From positions 20,391-84,390 of the IMG/VR virus record IMGVR_UViG_3300003309_000010: a stretch of 64,000 bases of DNA; one strand, written 5' to 3'. How positions within the stretch are numbered: the first letter of the stretch is position 1; every line of letters begins with the position of its first letter. This document shows positions 1-9,310 of this stretch, piece after piece. The DNA comes from a virus. The translations under genes and the position numbers were made by a program. The notes beneath the pieces are model-generated. The model was not told the origin of the DNA. It was given only the letters and a program-made list of their open reading frames with translations, and did no database searches.

Positions 1-1
1 A

Positions 2-733
2 TCGTGGTCCATTACGTGTTTTCGAGAACGCGCCGGTACCTATGAGGATGCGTCCAGAAGTTCGTTACGATCATCTAAACGACAAGCGTCTGATGTGGCA
101 CATATCCGAGCTATTAAGGTTGAGTTTAATGAAAACCTCAAACTTAACATCAAAGAAGGCGATGTTATCGAACAAGATTCTGTCTTGGCGTATATCGCTC
201 CCCCGGGCGTGGAGATCAAGGAAGAAGACCAAAGTAGTTTGGACTATTACAGTGCAGGCTCACCCAAAGCCAAGTACTCAGGGCGTGTCGAAAAGATGGA
301 AGTTTTCTATTATGGTGACACCGAAGGGGCTACAGATGAACTTAAGCGTGCAATACGTAAAAGCGATAGTAAGCGGAAGACCCTTGCGAAGTATAAGGAT
401 ATCCACCCAACGGGAGAATACAAAGACCAGACGTACATCCACAAACAGCTGATGACGGAAAATTCTGCGGTTATTGTAGTGTACATTATGAACGAAGAAC
501 TTTGGGGCGCTGGGGATAAACGCGCGTTCGCCAACTCGTTAAAAACCGTACCTGGGAAGGTTTATGCGACTGAGTATAAATTGCTTGACGGTACACCCAT
601 TGATGACGACTTCAGCTTTAAAGGTCAACAGGCTCGGATGACCCCGGGTGCTGAGAAGCTGGGCGTTTTAGGGATGAATATTCGACAAATTGGCCTTAAC
701 GGTGAAAAGTTATCTCGGGGAGAAAAGCTGTAA
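2..733 (+). CDS. Virion RNA polymerase beta subunit, C-terminal part (phiKZ gp178-like); 5'-truncated
   Basis: Frame is open from base 2. TYEDASRSS resembles the beta GYNFEDS motif; GDKRAFANSLKTV resembles the beta GDK motif. It precedes gp177/176/175-like genes as in phiKZ/SPN3US. Confidence 0.85.
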   Translation, partial: SWSITCFRERAGTYEDASRSSLRSSKRQASDVAHIRAIKVEFNENLKLNIKEGDVIEQDSVLAYIAPPGVEIKEEDQSSLDYYSAGSPKAKYSGRVEKMEVFYYGDTEGATDELKRAIRKSDSKRKTLAKYKDIHPTGEYKDQTYIHKQLMTENSAVIVVYIMNEELWGAGDKRAFANSLKTVPGKVYATEYKLLDGTPIDDDFSFKGQQARMTPGAEKLGVLGMNIRQIGLNGEKLSRGEKL

Positions 734-912
734 TGAAATGTGAAGTTTGTGGTATGGGACCTATGCAAGGTGTGACTATCCATCGAGTAGGCCCTAAAGG
801 GGCGCCGACTACGCAATGGCGATGTGACGCACATTTAGGAGAGAACACTGTCGACGAAGGTGTTGCTGAAGTAGTAGCGATACTTGAGTCGGCAGATGAG
901 GAACAACATTAA
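733..912 (+). CDS. 59-aa putative zinc-binding microprotein (CxxC...CxxH)
   Basis: Translated by hand: MKCEVCG...WRCDAH...EEQH. TAATG overlap with the RNAP beta stop. Below the ORF-track cutoff. Confidence 0.7.
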   Translation: MKCEVCGMGPMQGVTIHRVGPKGAPTTQWRCDAHLGENTVDEGVAEVVAILESADEEQH

Positions 913-922
913 GAAGGTTAAC

Positions 923-1111
923 ATGAATAATATAAAGAAACGTCGAACGGTTATACTGCTCGCTCTCACGGAAGTGTTGTCAAGGGCTATCGCAGAAACC
1001 AGCGGTAAAGAAGCGTCGAGAATAGTTAGCGGTCAAGACATTGGTGTCGAGTCTGATAGCTTAGCGTCGATGGCCATCAACAAACAAATGAAGGTGAGAG
1101 GTGGAGCATGA
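923..1111 (+). CDS. Small hypothetical protein (62 aa)
   Basis: ATG 923 follows GAAGG; ATGA overlap with the next gene. Confidence 0.6.
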   Translation: MNNIKKRRTVILLALTEVLSRAIAETSGKEASRIVSGQDIGVESDSLASMAINKQMKVRGGA

Positions 1112-2499
1112 TAAGCCTTAGAGATTTAAGACCAATAGAAGCACTCGCCGATCGTGACATTGACCTACACATACGCCAGGACAGTCCGCTTAATAAATTG
1201 ATAGCGCCGTATTTATCCGCAGAAGTTGAGTCGATTGAAGATTTGGTCGCGGTCATGAACGCTGACGTTAATCACGAAGCCCTTGCTAATGAGTTAGGTA
1301 AAGAGTTGGCCAGAATCATGAATGGTCAACGCGCATACATTAAGAATGACATTAATGCGTATATTAATGACATTTATGAAGATGTCATGCGCAGACTTCA
1401 GAAAGTCGAAGCGTTCCCACTACCTGTCAAAGTGTTGACACGTAACTTACCGGATCTTTTCACTGACGGTGTGCTGGAAGAGATGATCGAAAAACACAAG
1501 GACAAAGAATTACCTACACAGGAATGGAAAGGTAAAATGTCTGCGATGACCGATCAAGAACTGATGCAGGCGTTCTCAGAAAGATTCGATGGTGATACGA
1601 AAGACGCCATTGATAAAGTGATCACCCTACTCCCAGTATCGATGGAGACTCTGTATCGGAAACACTACACTAATCTTCGTGTCGAGGGTTATCCAGAAGG
1701 GTACACATTGGTCGCGGGTTTAGAAATACCGTTCTCACATCTCGAGTCGGCGCTGGTGTATCTTATTGCTGAAGCGCTGGACGATACTGAACTCACGGAT
1801 AGCTTCTCCATCACAACGACAGAGTACAGTAAAACGTTGAGTTTTGTTAGAATTAAAGCGGCAAAACAGCTGAATGGTATCTTCAATCTACTTGAGATTG
1901 AAGAGAAGCAGAACAAAGTGTTCGTTCACATCGACGTTGATGCATCACCCGCAACATTCATCATGACGCAAGGTATCAGTGAGGATCTTATCGAAAGATA
2001 CTCCCACGACGTTGTTGTTGGTCTTGCGCTGTTGTCGAGAAAAGGCAATAACATCCGAGTGGACAGAAACGACAAAAACAAAGCCATTATTAGTGATGGT
2101 TTGCATGAGCGTGCACAGTCTGCTTACGATGCGGTGTTCGCACACCATGAATTAATGGCGAAGCAGAAGCAAAACAGCAATCAGGTTATCCAAACTACAC
2201 TGGCGTTTGAAGCGTCTATCAATTCGGCGGATTTCGAGTTGCCTGAATCTGTGTCTAAAAACGAATTGTTAAGACGAGTTCGCGCGCAAATTGCTGTCCA
2301 TATGAACTGCAAGTCGGACAGAATTTTGGACGGCATTCGTCAAGTGGTGACCTTGGGTATGTACCCTAAATCGGGAGCAGCGTCTTTCTTAAACGCGATG
2401 GATAGCTATGCTGATACGCTAAGTGATCCAAGAGAAGCTGCAACGATGGCGTCGGTGGATATGTCTGCTGAGTGGTTGGTTGATCAATTGATCTTGTAA
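1108..2499 (+). CDS. Putative head/ejection protein (phiKZ gp177 / SPN3US gp243 position)
   Basis: 463 aa, helical; assigned by synteny between vRNAP beta and gp176/gp175-like genes. Confidence 0.55.
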   Translation: MISLRDLRPIEALADRDIDLHIRQDSPLNKLIAPYLSAEVESIEDLVAVMNADVNHEALANELGKELARIMNGQRAYIKNDINAYINDIYEDVMRRLQKVEAFPLPVKVLTRNLPDLFTDGVLEEMIEKHKDKELPTQEWKGKMSAMTDQELMQAFSERFDGDTKDAIDKVITLLPVSMETLYRKHYTNLRVEGYPEGYTLVAGLEIPFSHLESALVYLIAEALDDTELTDSFSITTTEYSKTLSFVRIKAAKQLNGIFNLLEIEEKQNKVFVHIDVDASPATFIMTQGISEDLIERYSHDVVVGLALLSRKGNNIRVDRNDKNKAIISDGLHERAQSAYDAVFAHHELMAKQKQNSNQVIQTTLAFEASINSADFELPESVSKNELLRRVRAQIAVHMNCKSDRILDGIRQVVTLGMYPKSGAASFLNAMDSYADTLSDPREAATMASVDMSAEWLVDQLIL

Positions 2500-2508
2500 G
2501 GAGCGGTT

Positions 2509-3222
2509 ATGTATTCGTTATCGAATCTCAATCGTAATGCAAAAGCAGTTAGGAAGCATCTCCGGGAAGAAGATGACGGTACCGTGTATTGTACAAAACC
2601 GTGCAGTTACTTCATGCCGAAGAAATTGTACGGTAGTCCGCTACTTAGGCCGGATGTTAATCCGGCCAGAGTGGGCGCGTTTGGTATGCTGTTGGTCGGT
2701 AAAGACTACATGGTCTTCAACGCATGCGCCGTCATGACGTTGGGTGATTCAGACTCAAACACTGTCACCGTTGACGGGATAGAGTGCACAGAGTTCCGAT
2801 TCGATGAAGGGGATCTGGTCATCGAGAACTTGAATGTTCCGGTCATACAGACGTTGGGGTATCCCATTACCAAGGAATTCGGTAAAAAAGCGGTACGACT
2901 ACCTTGGTACAGTCATGATGATCAGTTGTCTATACTGTTAACGCTGAACGAATTCACTGGCGTTTCTACGCCTAGCTTTGCGTACACCAATATCTACATG
3001 TCGCACTTCATGCGTAAACCTGGGGATTTGGAAACGCCGTATCGGTTGGTTAAAGATAAGGACAAAGTGCCCTTTGAACCCATTCCAATAAGCTTAGTCG
3101 GTGTGACGGTTAACAACACACTTAACGCTATCAGTGGTAGTTACATGGATGACGCAGTGCAAGGCCGTTTAATCAACGAAAGCGTTAGAACAACGCCATT
3201 AGAAGAGGTGCTCACAAAATGA
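2509..3222 (+). CDS. Putative small virion RNAP subunit beta'-middle (phiKZ gp176 / SPN3US gp244-like)
   Basis: 237 aa immediately upstream of the protease. C-terminus TTPLEEVL resembles the family as recalled. AGGAG RBS. Confidence 0.65.
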   Translation: MYSLSNLNRNAKAVRKHLREEDDGTVYCTKPCSYFMPKKLYGSPLLRPDVNPARVGAFGMLLVGKDYMVFNACAVMTLGDSDSNTVTVDGIECTEFRFDEGDLVIENLNVPVIQTLGYPITKEFGKKAVRLPWYSHDDQLSILLTLNEFTGVSTPSFAYTNIYMSHFMRKPGDLETPYRLVKDKDKVPFEPIPISLVGVTVNNTLNAISGSYMDDAVQGRLINESVRTTPLEEVLTK

Positions 3223-4052
3223 GTAAGGGTAAAGTTATTTTTAGAGTTAACCCTACCGTGTTGGAGGGTAAGCAAGGTATCCTCCCCAAAGACGACAAGG
3301 GACGATACATTGTGATGGTGGGGGCATACAATGCCAAAAACACCAGTGGGGATAAGTACGTCTTCACGCAACAGGTTAAAAATCTTTTTAGCAAGTCGGT
3401 GGCCAGAACGCGATGCGCTGATAAACAACTCTACGGCGAAGCAGATCATCCAGAACTAAGCCACTTCAGAAATAAAACGCGATCTTTTGAAGAAGCGGTT
3501 GCTATGTATATGGACAGACTCTGGGTGGTCCCCACGAAAAATCAAGCCCATCAGATACACGATTTCTGGTTTGAGGAACTCCCGGACAGAGTGGACGGCC
3601 AACCCGTTTACGGTGTGTTTAATCTGATATCGCCGATTAACGAGAGGCAGCGTGCTTCGCTGGAGAACCCGGAAGAAAATACTGCGTATTCTGTGAGGAG
3701 TTTCATAGACAAGGAGCCTTCACGGTTACAGGGATGGTTGGTTGAAACCACCGAACTGATAACGTGGGACTGGGTTACTAATCCGGGTATCTCTTACGCA
3801 GGGAAGTACAACACACCTGGATTGGAGTCTCAGACGTTAATCGAGTTCAACGACGGAATGGACGTGTTGATTAACGATGGGGTGTTCAGACACTTACAGA
3901 AGATGCAAGAACAACATGCCGCACTCAACCATGGAGTAGAATCCGATAATCACGTGATGTTAACCACGATGATTAAGGATAGGTACGGCTTTCGTGAAGT
4001 GCCCGATTTGGGCGCGACGCTGAGTCGTCAATGGGACTTGGAAGACCAATAG
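3219..4052 (+). CDS. Prohead maturation serine protease (phiKZ gp175-like)
   Basis: Motifs GAYNAKN, LYGEADHP (His77), AYSVRS (Ser158), TWDWVTNPGI; C-terminal GLE/GVE candidate autocleavage sites. Confidence 0.9.
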   Translation: MSKGKVIFRVNPTVLEGKQGILPKDDKGRYIVMVGAYNAKNTSGDKYVFTQQVKNLFSKSVARTRCADKQLYGEADHPELSHFRNKTRSFEEAVAMYMDRLWVVPTKNQAHQIHDFWFEELPDRVDGQPVYGVFNLISPINERQRASLENPEENTAYSVRSFIDKEPSRLQGWLVETTELITWDWVTNPGISYAGKYNTPGLESQTLIEFNDGMDVLINDGVFRHLQKMQEQHAALNHGVESDNHVMLTTMIKDRYGFREVPDLGATLSRQWDLEDQ

Positions 4053-4141
4053 AGTTATCCAAGCAACGCGAAGGTTAACTTAAGGAAAAGACGCGCTTCC
4101 AAGTGTAGTATTACCATACTTTGAAGGAGCTACGGAAGCTA

Positions 4142-4399
4142 ATGGACATTGTAACCGGTCTTCTGACTGGAGACAAACTAGAATGGATGATTGCATCTTT
4201 CTGTATGGGTGCTTTATCTACAATCGTGTTCAACCTTCTCCAAGACAGAGTGTTAGGTGAGGCTAAGACAGACCGATGGCAGAAGCGCACTTTTGCTGTT
4301 TGGTTCCCTGCTTGGTTTTTTCCTGATACAACTGCCTATGCGGTAGTGTTGGCGCTTGTGTGGTTAGGGTATCTAAAAAGGAGATGCAGACCCAGCTAA
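4142..4399 (+). CDS. Small membrane protein
   Basis: AAGGAG upstream of ATG 4142; two hydrophobic segments. Confidence 0.55.
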   Translation: MDIVTGLLTGDKLEWMIASFCMGALSTIVFNLLQDRVLGEAKTDRWQKRTFAVWFPAWFFPDTTAYAVVLALVWLGYLKRRCRPS

Positions 4400-4415
4400 C
4401 CTAAATAGCCGGTGT

Positions 4416-4445
4416 TAATGGAGGGGTCTAACGACCCCTCCATTA
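4416..4445. terminator. Hairpin between convergent genes (bidirectional terminator)
   Basis: TAATGGAGGGGTC-taac-GACCCCTCCATTA, perfect 13-bp stem. Confidence 0.8.
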
Positions 4446-4446
4446 T

Positions 4447-5475
4447 TTACCCGCTCAGTTCAGATTGAATTAAAACCTTAGACATACCGGGTATCGTGCG
4501 AGTCAAACTATCCACTCTAGTCGCCGTTAGCAATCGCTTAGGCAAACCGACTACGCTATCTAATTTGATATCCAAAGACAACGTAGTGTTCAATCGTTTA
4601 AGACGATTAAGATACTTCATATCAATATACGCGTTGACCCATAACAAGTGATCGACGTAGAGGGTTTTTATTTTATTGGACGAGGTCGGCGCAGTAACAG
4701 TTCCCCAAACACCATCTGTCGCCAATTCCGAGACACCAGCACGACTGTACTTTTCAAAATGTCTTTTCCAGTCACGTTGTAACTGATTGCCTAGTTGTGT
4801 GAGATTGTGTTGGAAATAGGGTGCAGATTCAGAAAGATCGATAACAAAGTCGTCGCCTATCCAAGTCGGTATGTTGTTAGCAACCGCAATGTCCATGATG
4901 CGTCTCGCGTTATCGCGATAGAACAGTTTCGTCAGTATGGCCGAATGTGATCTATCTTTGACCGTTGATAACTGGTGGTACAAAGCAGCCAAATAAGGTA
5001 AGTCGACATACCACAATCCCATGGTGTTATTAAGAGGTTGCAGATAGTGATCAAGGTGTAATGAGATTTCGTTATGTTCCGCGAGAAACACCGGACGGTT
5101 CGATTTACCAGTATCTATCATCGATCCAGCCCAATACAAATTTTCCACCTCTTTATAGATGAGCACATCGCTGTCCCCAATTATAGGAGATATTTCACAA
5201 CTACCTTGGATATGGACAATGCCCAGACTACCGCATAGCGGTTTGAGTCGGCGCACAACGTTATTATACGTATCCTTGGGTGTATCACCGAAGTACTCTT
5301 CCAATAGATTAATTACTTTACTTAACGCGTGTTGGTTATTGAAGACAACAACTTCAGATTGATAAAAGGTATCGAATTTATCAACATTATCCAACAACCT
5401 CGCTTCAAAACTCAACAGACCCGATGCGAGTTGAAGGGGACCTCTGTTGGATGGGGTGTACGTAACAAAATTCAT
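4447..5475 (-). CDS. Hypothetical protein (342 aa), probably late/structural
   Basis: Long ORF; minus-strand TATG about 27 nt upstream of the start. Confidence 0.7.
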   Translation of the reverse strand: MNFVTYTPSNRGPLQLASGLLSFEARLLDNVDKFDTFYQSEVVVFNNQHALSKVINLLEEYFGDTPKDTYNNVVRRLKPLCGSLGIVHIQGSCEISPIIGDSDVLIYKEVENLYWAGSMIDTGKSNRPVFLAEHNEISLHLDHYLQPLNNTMGLWYVDLPYLAALYHQLSTVKDRSHSAILTKLFYRDNARRIMDIAVANNIPTWIGDDFVIDLSESAPYFQHNLTQLGNQLQRDWKRHFEKYSRAGVSELATDGVWGTVTAPTSSNKIKTLYVDHLLWVNAYIDMKYLNRLKRLNTTLSLDIKLDSVVGLPKRLLTATRVDSLTRTIPGMSKVLIQSELSG

Positions 5476-5536
5476 AACCGAACGCTCTAATAACTAATCT
5501 ACATAAGCCTTGTTGTTTCGATGTATTAACATCCAA

Positions 5537-5546
5537 GGATATATTA
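5537..5546 (+). promoter_or_regulatory. Putative early (virion RNAP) promoter
   Basis: Intergenic GGATATATTA, also found at 25249; resembles the phiKZ early consensus TATATTAC. Confidence 0.55.
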
Positions 5547-5588
5547 TTGGTGAGGAATTCTCTATTAATCCGTGTAAGGAGTTATATC

Positions 5589-6056
5589 ATGTCAGGAAGC
5601 AAAATAAGACTGAGCATTCTATCAAGAATGTTCGTCCTTTTCCATATCCTCTGGGGTTGTCTGAAAGTGACGTTTTATATGATGATTATCAGGTGGGTAG
5701 GGATAGCTATTGCAATGCAAGAATTCGACTTTTGGGTACCGTATTACGCAGCAGTGACCGCAGCGGTATTAGTTGTCTGGATTAAATATCGACCCGACTT
5801 TATGATAGGTGAATGGGGCGTGAAGCAGTTTAAACATGCCGAACTGCTAATAGACTGCATTATGAAGTATCGTCGCGTGGTAGGATACAGCGTTATTCCT
5901 ATGTATTATTTGTTGTGGGACACGCAGTATATCACGATTCAGTCGTTTGTGGGGTTTTGCCTTGCGTTACTTTTGATCGGCACTATTAACCTTTTACCTA
6001 TAACGATGCTTATTCTGTTGGGAGACTACCCCGGAAAGCACACAAAAATAAAATAA
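5589..6056 (+). CDS. Multi-pass membrane protein, paralog of 6798..7400
   Basis: AAGGAG RBS before ATG 5589; hydrophobic helices; RRVVGYSVIP motif. Confidence 0.7.
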   Translation: MSGSKIRLSILSRMFVLFHILWGCLKVTFYMMIIRWVGIAIAMQEFDFWVPYYAAVTAAVLVVWIKYRPDFMIGEWGVKQFKHAELLIDCIMKYRRVVGYSVIPMYYLLWDTQYITIQSFVGFCLALLLIGTINLLPITMLILLGDYPGKHTKIK

Positions 6057-6067
6057 GGAGTACTAAC

Positions 6068-6784
6068 ATGTCAGCAGTGTATTTCTCTAACAGTAACGAT
6101 GTCGTTGCTTTGTCGGGTTCAGAAAGAGCCCTTTGTGAGGAAACGGTTTCCAACTTAGCATTGGGTTTGTTAGAACCTTTATACCGAGATGGAACTTACG
6201 ACCTCGTCGTAGGCTATTTACCCAAAGATAACTATTTGTTATCTTCCATCAAAGACGACCCAACGAACTTCGCTAGTTTCATCCAAGCGTTTAAGGTGTG
6301 GTTCCGCGTATCGCCCGGTGATGACGCTAAACTCATTATTGGTGATCGACCCATCGATATTTACACCCTCGTTCTCAACACCGCATCGATTGCAGGGAGT
6401 GATGTGATTTATCTCATGGCAATGGTACATTATTATTGTGAGAGGCATGGGTACATCTTACCTGAGGATTTCTCTTCATACGCGGCCATTATCGATCACG
6501 GATTGGCATCGAAAGTCCTCAGACCCAATAATGGGTGGGAGTCTGTGGTGCGCATGTTGAGAACGTCTAAGGAACCAATCGTCATGAGTTTCAGCGGTTC
6601 GTCGGAATACCCTAATCCCGACCTGTTACCTAACCCGCCATTCGAGGATGATTGGGAAACAATGTCTCATAAAGCCCAGTTTTGTTTGGTTACAGAAGAG
6701 CTGATAACGATGGAACATCTCAGAGTTTCTCCACGAAGAACACTCTGCAATGAAGGGTTGTCAGTCTTTGACATTATTCAATAG
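6068..6784 (+). CDS. Hypothetical soluble protein (238 aa)
   Basis: AAGGAG RBS; long ORF. Confidence 0.75.
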   Translation: MSAVYFSNSNDVVALSGSERALCEETVSNLALGLLEPLYRDGTYDLVVGYLPKDNYLLSSIKDDPTNFASFIQAFKVWFRVSPGDDAKLIIGDRPIDIYTLVLNTASIAGSDVIYLMAMVHYYCERHGYILPEDFSSYAAIIDHGLASKVLRPNNGWESVVRMLRTSKEPIVMSFSGSSEYPNPDLLPNPPFEDDWETMSHKAQFCLVTEELITMEHLRVSPRRTLCNEGLSVFDIIQ

Positions 6785-6797
6785 AGGAAATCGGAAT

Positions 6798-7400
6798 ATG
6801 AATACTGTAGAAAGAAAAGCGATAATCGCAACCACTTCTAAAGCGTTCGCTGTCGCTTATCTCGTAATATTGTTGATAAAGACCGTATTCAGTTTGATGG
6901 ATTACCTTTCCCCAGACATGGGTTGGGGAATCCGTGACGAACTAATGTTGCTTGCGGTACTTATCAGTGTAATTATACCGTTAGTGGGTTGGGTAAGACC
7001 TGGCAAGTGTTTGTGGTCTGCTACCGCTTACCCCGGCGTGAAAACGTCAGTCATAGAGGCGAAAACTAACACGCTAAAAAGGATAGTGGGTTATGGGATA
7101 ATCCCGATAACGCTCCTCGTGTGGTATTCGCCACTGAACATGGCAAGTTTGTGGTTACTGGCGTTCTTACAGTCCTTCTTGCAGGTAATGTTGAACGACG
7201 ATGTGTTCAAAGCTGTCCATCAACTCACGGGTGTAGACAAACATTCTATCGCTTTGTTTTTCAAAGAGAATCGATCTCTACACCCGCTAAAACAGCAGAT
7301 TTGGAAATCACGGATGTCGAAGATAAACGCAGGTGAATTTTCAGCGTCCAGCATAATGGTCGAAAAACCAAAACAAAAAGACGACGTGTTTCACGCATAA
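6798..7400 (+). CDS. Multi-pass membrane protein, paralog of 5589..6056
   Basis: GAGG RBS; KRIVGYGIIP motif; hydrophobic helices. Confidence 0.7.
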   Translation: MNTVERKAIIATTSKAFAVAYLVILLIKTVFSLMDYLSPDMGWGIRDELMLLAVLISVIIPLVGWVRPGKCLWSATAYPGVKTSVIEAKTNTLKRIVGYGIIPITLLVWYSPLNMASLWLLAFLQSFLQVMLNDDVFKAVHQLTGVDKHSIALFFKENRSLHPLKQQIWKSRMSKINAGEFSASSIMVEKPKQKDDVFHA

Positions 7401-7426
7401 CAATAACTAAATGAAGGGGAATAATA

Positions 7427-7882
7427 ATGTCAACCGTGCGCATAAATACAAATAAACTCTTTTCAATATTAACGTTAATCACCCTACTCGCTACAGCAGG
7501 GTGGTTGTTCCACAATTGGGAGACGGACGATTTGACGTTCGTTACTTGGTATATTAGTCTCGTGTATTGGACAGGGATGACCGTATTGGGGCTACTATAT
7601 TACCAGCTGTTTGACAACATAGAACAGGCTAAGTTCTTACACACCAAAGCCCCCATTCGATGGTATTTAGCTGCGGTATCTGTCGGACCTTTCCTGTTGC
7701 TAGTTGCACTGACTTGGGAACTGGCCAAAGACTGGACAAACACGTTCAGTGACGCAACTCTCGCATTGTCGATATTGACGCTCTCTGGTGCTCTGGTGTT
7801 AGGGAAAGTGGTTTTCTATCTACTGTACCCACCTAAACATTTGGGTGACGATAAACTGCCTGGTATTGAGGATTTGGATTAG
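7427..7882 (+). CDS. Multi-pass membrane protein (about 4 TM)
   Basis: Four hydrophobic stretches; AAGGGG RBS. Confidence 0.7.
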   Translation: MSTVRINTNKLFSILTLITLLATAGWLFHNWETDDLTFVTWYISLVYWTGMTVLGLLYYQLFDNIEQAKFLHTKAPIRWYLAAVSVGPFLLLVALTWELAKDWTNTFSDATLALSILTLSGALVLGKVVFYLLYPPKHLGDDKLPGIEDLD

Positions 7883-7893
7883 AGGAGGCTAAC

Positions 7894-8229
7894 ATGAAGT
7901 GCGGTAACCAGTCTTGGATATCAATAGCTACATTTCTTGATGTGTGGGGTAGAATTTTCATTGTGGGCGGGGTAGTTTTGTTCTTCACTACCGCGCAAAC
8001 GATCGGTAAATTTGATGAAGTCGACCTGTATGTAACCTACATGTCGTGGGGAGTCATATCTGCCCTCTTAGCGATGGTGACGCTGTATATGTACCATTTG
8101 GTAAAAAGGATACTGATGAAGGTAATGGAAATAACCTTCCTTTACTTACCTAGTGTTAATTTGGATAATCAGTTTGCAGTGTTGGGTGTTGTGTTTATCA
8201 ACCTCATCATTTATACGAATATGTCCTAA
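7894..8229 (+). CDS. Membrane protein (about 3 TM)
   Basis: GAGGAGG RBS; hydrophobic. Confidence 0.7.
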   Translation: MKCGNQSWISIATFLDVWGRIFIVGGVVLFFTTAQTIGKFDEVDLYVTYMSWGVISALLAMVTLYMYHLVKRILMKVMEITFLYLPSVNLDNQFAVLGVVFINLIIYTNMS

Positions 8230-8238
8230 GGAGGGTGT

Positions 8239-8463
8239 ATGTTACAACAATTAATTTCGCGTATGCCTTTTTGGGTTTTATACGTATGTTTAATACTGAT
8301 GCTGACGATATTGGTGTCTAGCGCAGCTTCGCTATTTCAAGGGTTTGCTATGCTAGTGGACTTTAATATTGACAGAGTGGTTGTCTGTATGGGTGCTTTG
8401 TTTGCAGATTGTTTGGCGATAACTGCATTGTATTGGTTCATAGCCCAATATTCGGAGGGGTAA
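8239..8463 (+). CDS. Small membrane protein (2 TM)
   Basis: AAGGAGG RBS; hydrophobic. Confidence 0.65.
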   Translation: MLQQLISRMPFWVLYVCLILMLTILVSSAASLFQGFAMLVDFNIDRVVVCMGALFADCLAITALYWFIAQYSEG

Positions 8464-8467
8464 CTGG

Positions 8468-9298
8468 ATGAAATTAACGAAATTAGGCAAGCGGTATCTT
8501 ACATTGAGCTGTATGGTATCCGTGAAGTCGTTAGATAACGTAACACCAAAGTTGAGTGTGGGAGACACACTCAACGAAGTAACTAGCCACCTCAAAGGTC
8601 TCGGTGTTACGCATATCGGCGAATGTTCGCTACAACCTTACTGGCATCGTCGAGTCCAAGACGGTTACCCTGAGGAGGAATTTGTACCTACAGAGGTTTT
8701 TCTTAGAAAACTCAGAGACGAACTTGATCCAAAACGTTCAATTTACGTAGGCATTAAGTTGGAAACATGCGGTTTACACCATTGGGATCGTACTGTTGGG
8801 AAGCGAGGTAGCGAAATATACCCCATCTTGCAAGTCGCCGTCAAACCTCTGAGTAACCCGACACGCGTTTTTTACATTAAACCATCAAGCGACGTCGATG
8901 GTTTGATTACCAATAATGTTAGACGGTTACTAGAAGAACGGGGTAACATACTGGAGAGAGCTAAGTTATCTAAGATGGACCTAGCCTGCGCAGAGAATGA
9001 AATAATGTCTTATTTGACCGAGTGTGAGGTGTTGAAGTATCAATATAAACATTTGGTGTGTTTGAGCTCTTCTTTTGCTGCAAGCTTTATCTCAGATCAA
9101 CTACCTCGAGTATGCGCCGCGTTCAGTCCTAAATATGTGGATGTGGTGGCATACAATAACATGTTGGAAGCGTGTGGCGAATACGACAAAATGGTGTACC
9201 CACATTATAAAACAAACTCTACCGATGTCGTTGATGAAATGATGGCTCATATCGAGAGTTCTCGATTGTCTATCTTTCCTAACGCTCTGGTATCTTAA
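8468..9298 (+). CDS. Hypothetical protein (276 aa)
   Basis: GGAGGGG RBS; long ORF in the operon. Confidence 0.7.
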   Translation: MKLTKLGKRYLTLSCMVSVKSLDNVTPKLSVGDTLNEVTSHLKGLGVTHIGECSLQPYWHRRVQDGYPEEEFVPTEVFLRKLRDELDPKRSIYVGIKLETCGLHHWDRTVGKRGSEIYPILQVAVKPLSNPTRVFYIKPSSDVDGLITNNVRRLLEERGNILERAKLSKMDLACAENEIMSYLTECEVLKYQYKHLVCLSSSFAASFISDQLPRVCAAFSPKYVDVVAYNNMLEACGEYDKMVYPHYKTNSTDVVDEMMAHIESSRLSIFPNALVS

Positions 9299-9310
9299 GG
9301 AGAACGAATT

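Noticed and set aside
42-452. 136-aa ORF overlapping the RNAP beta gene
   Set aside because: Alternative frame of a conserved core gene; the RNAP frame is open from base 2.
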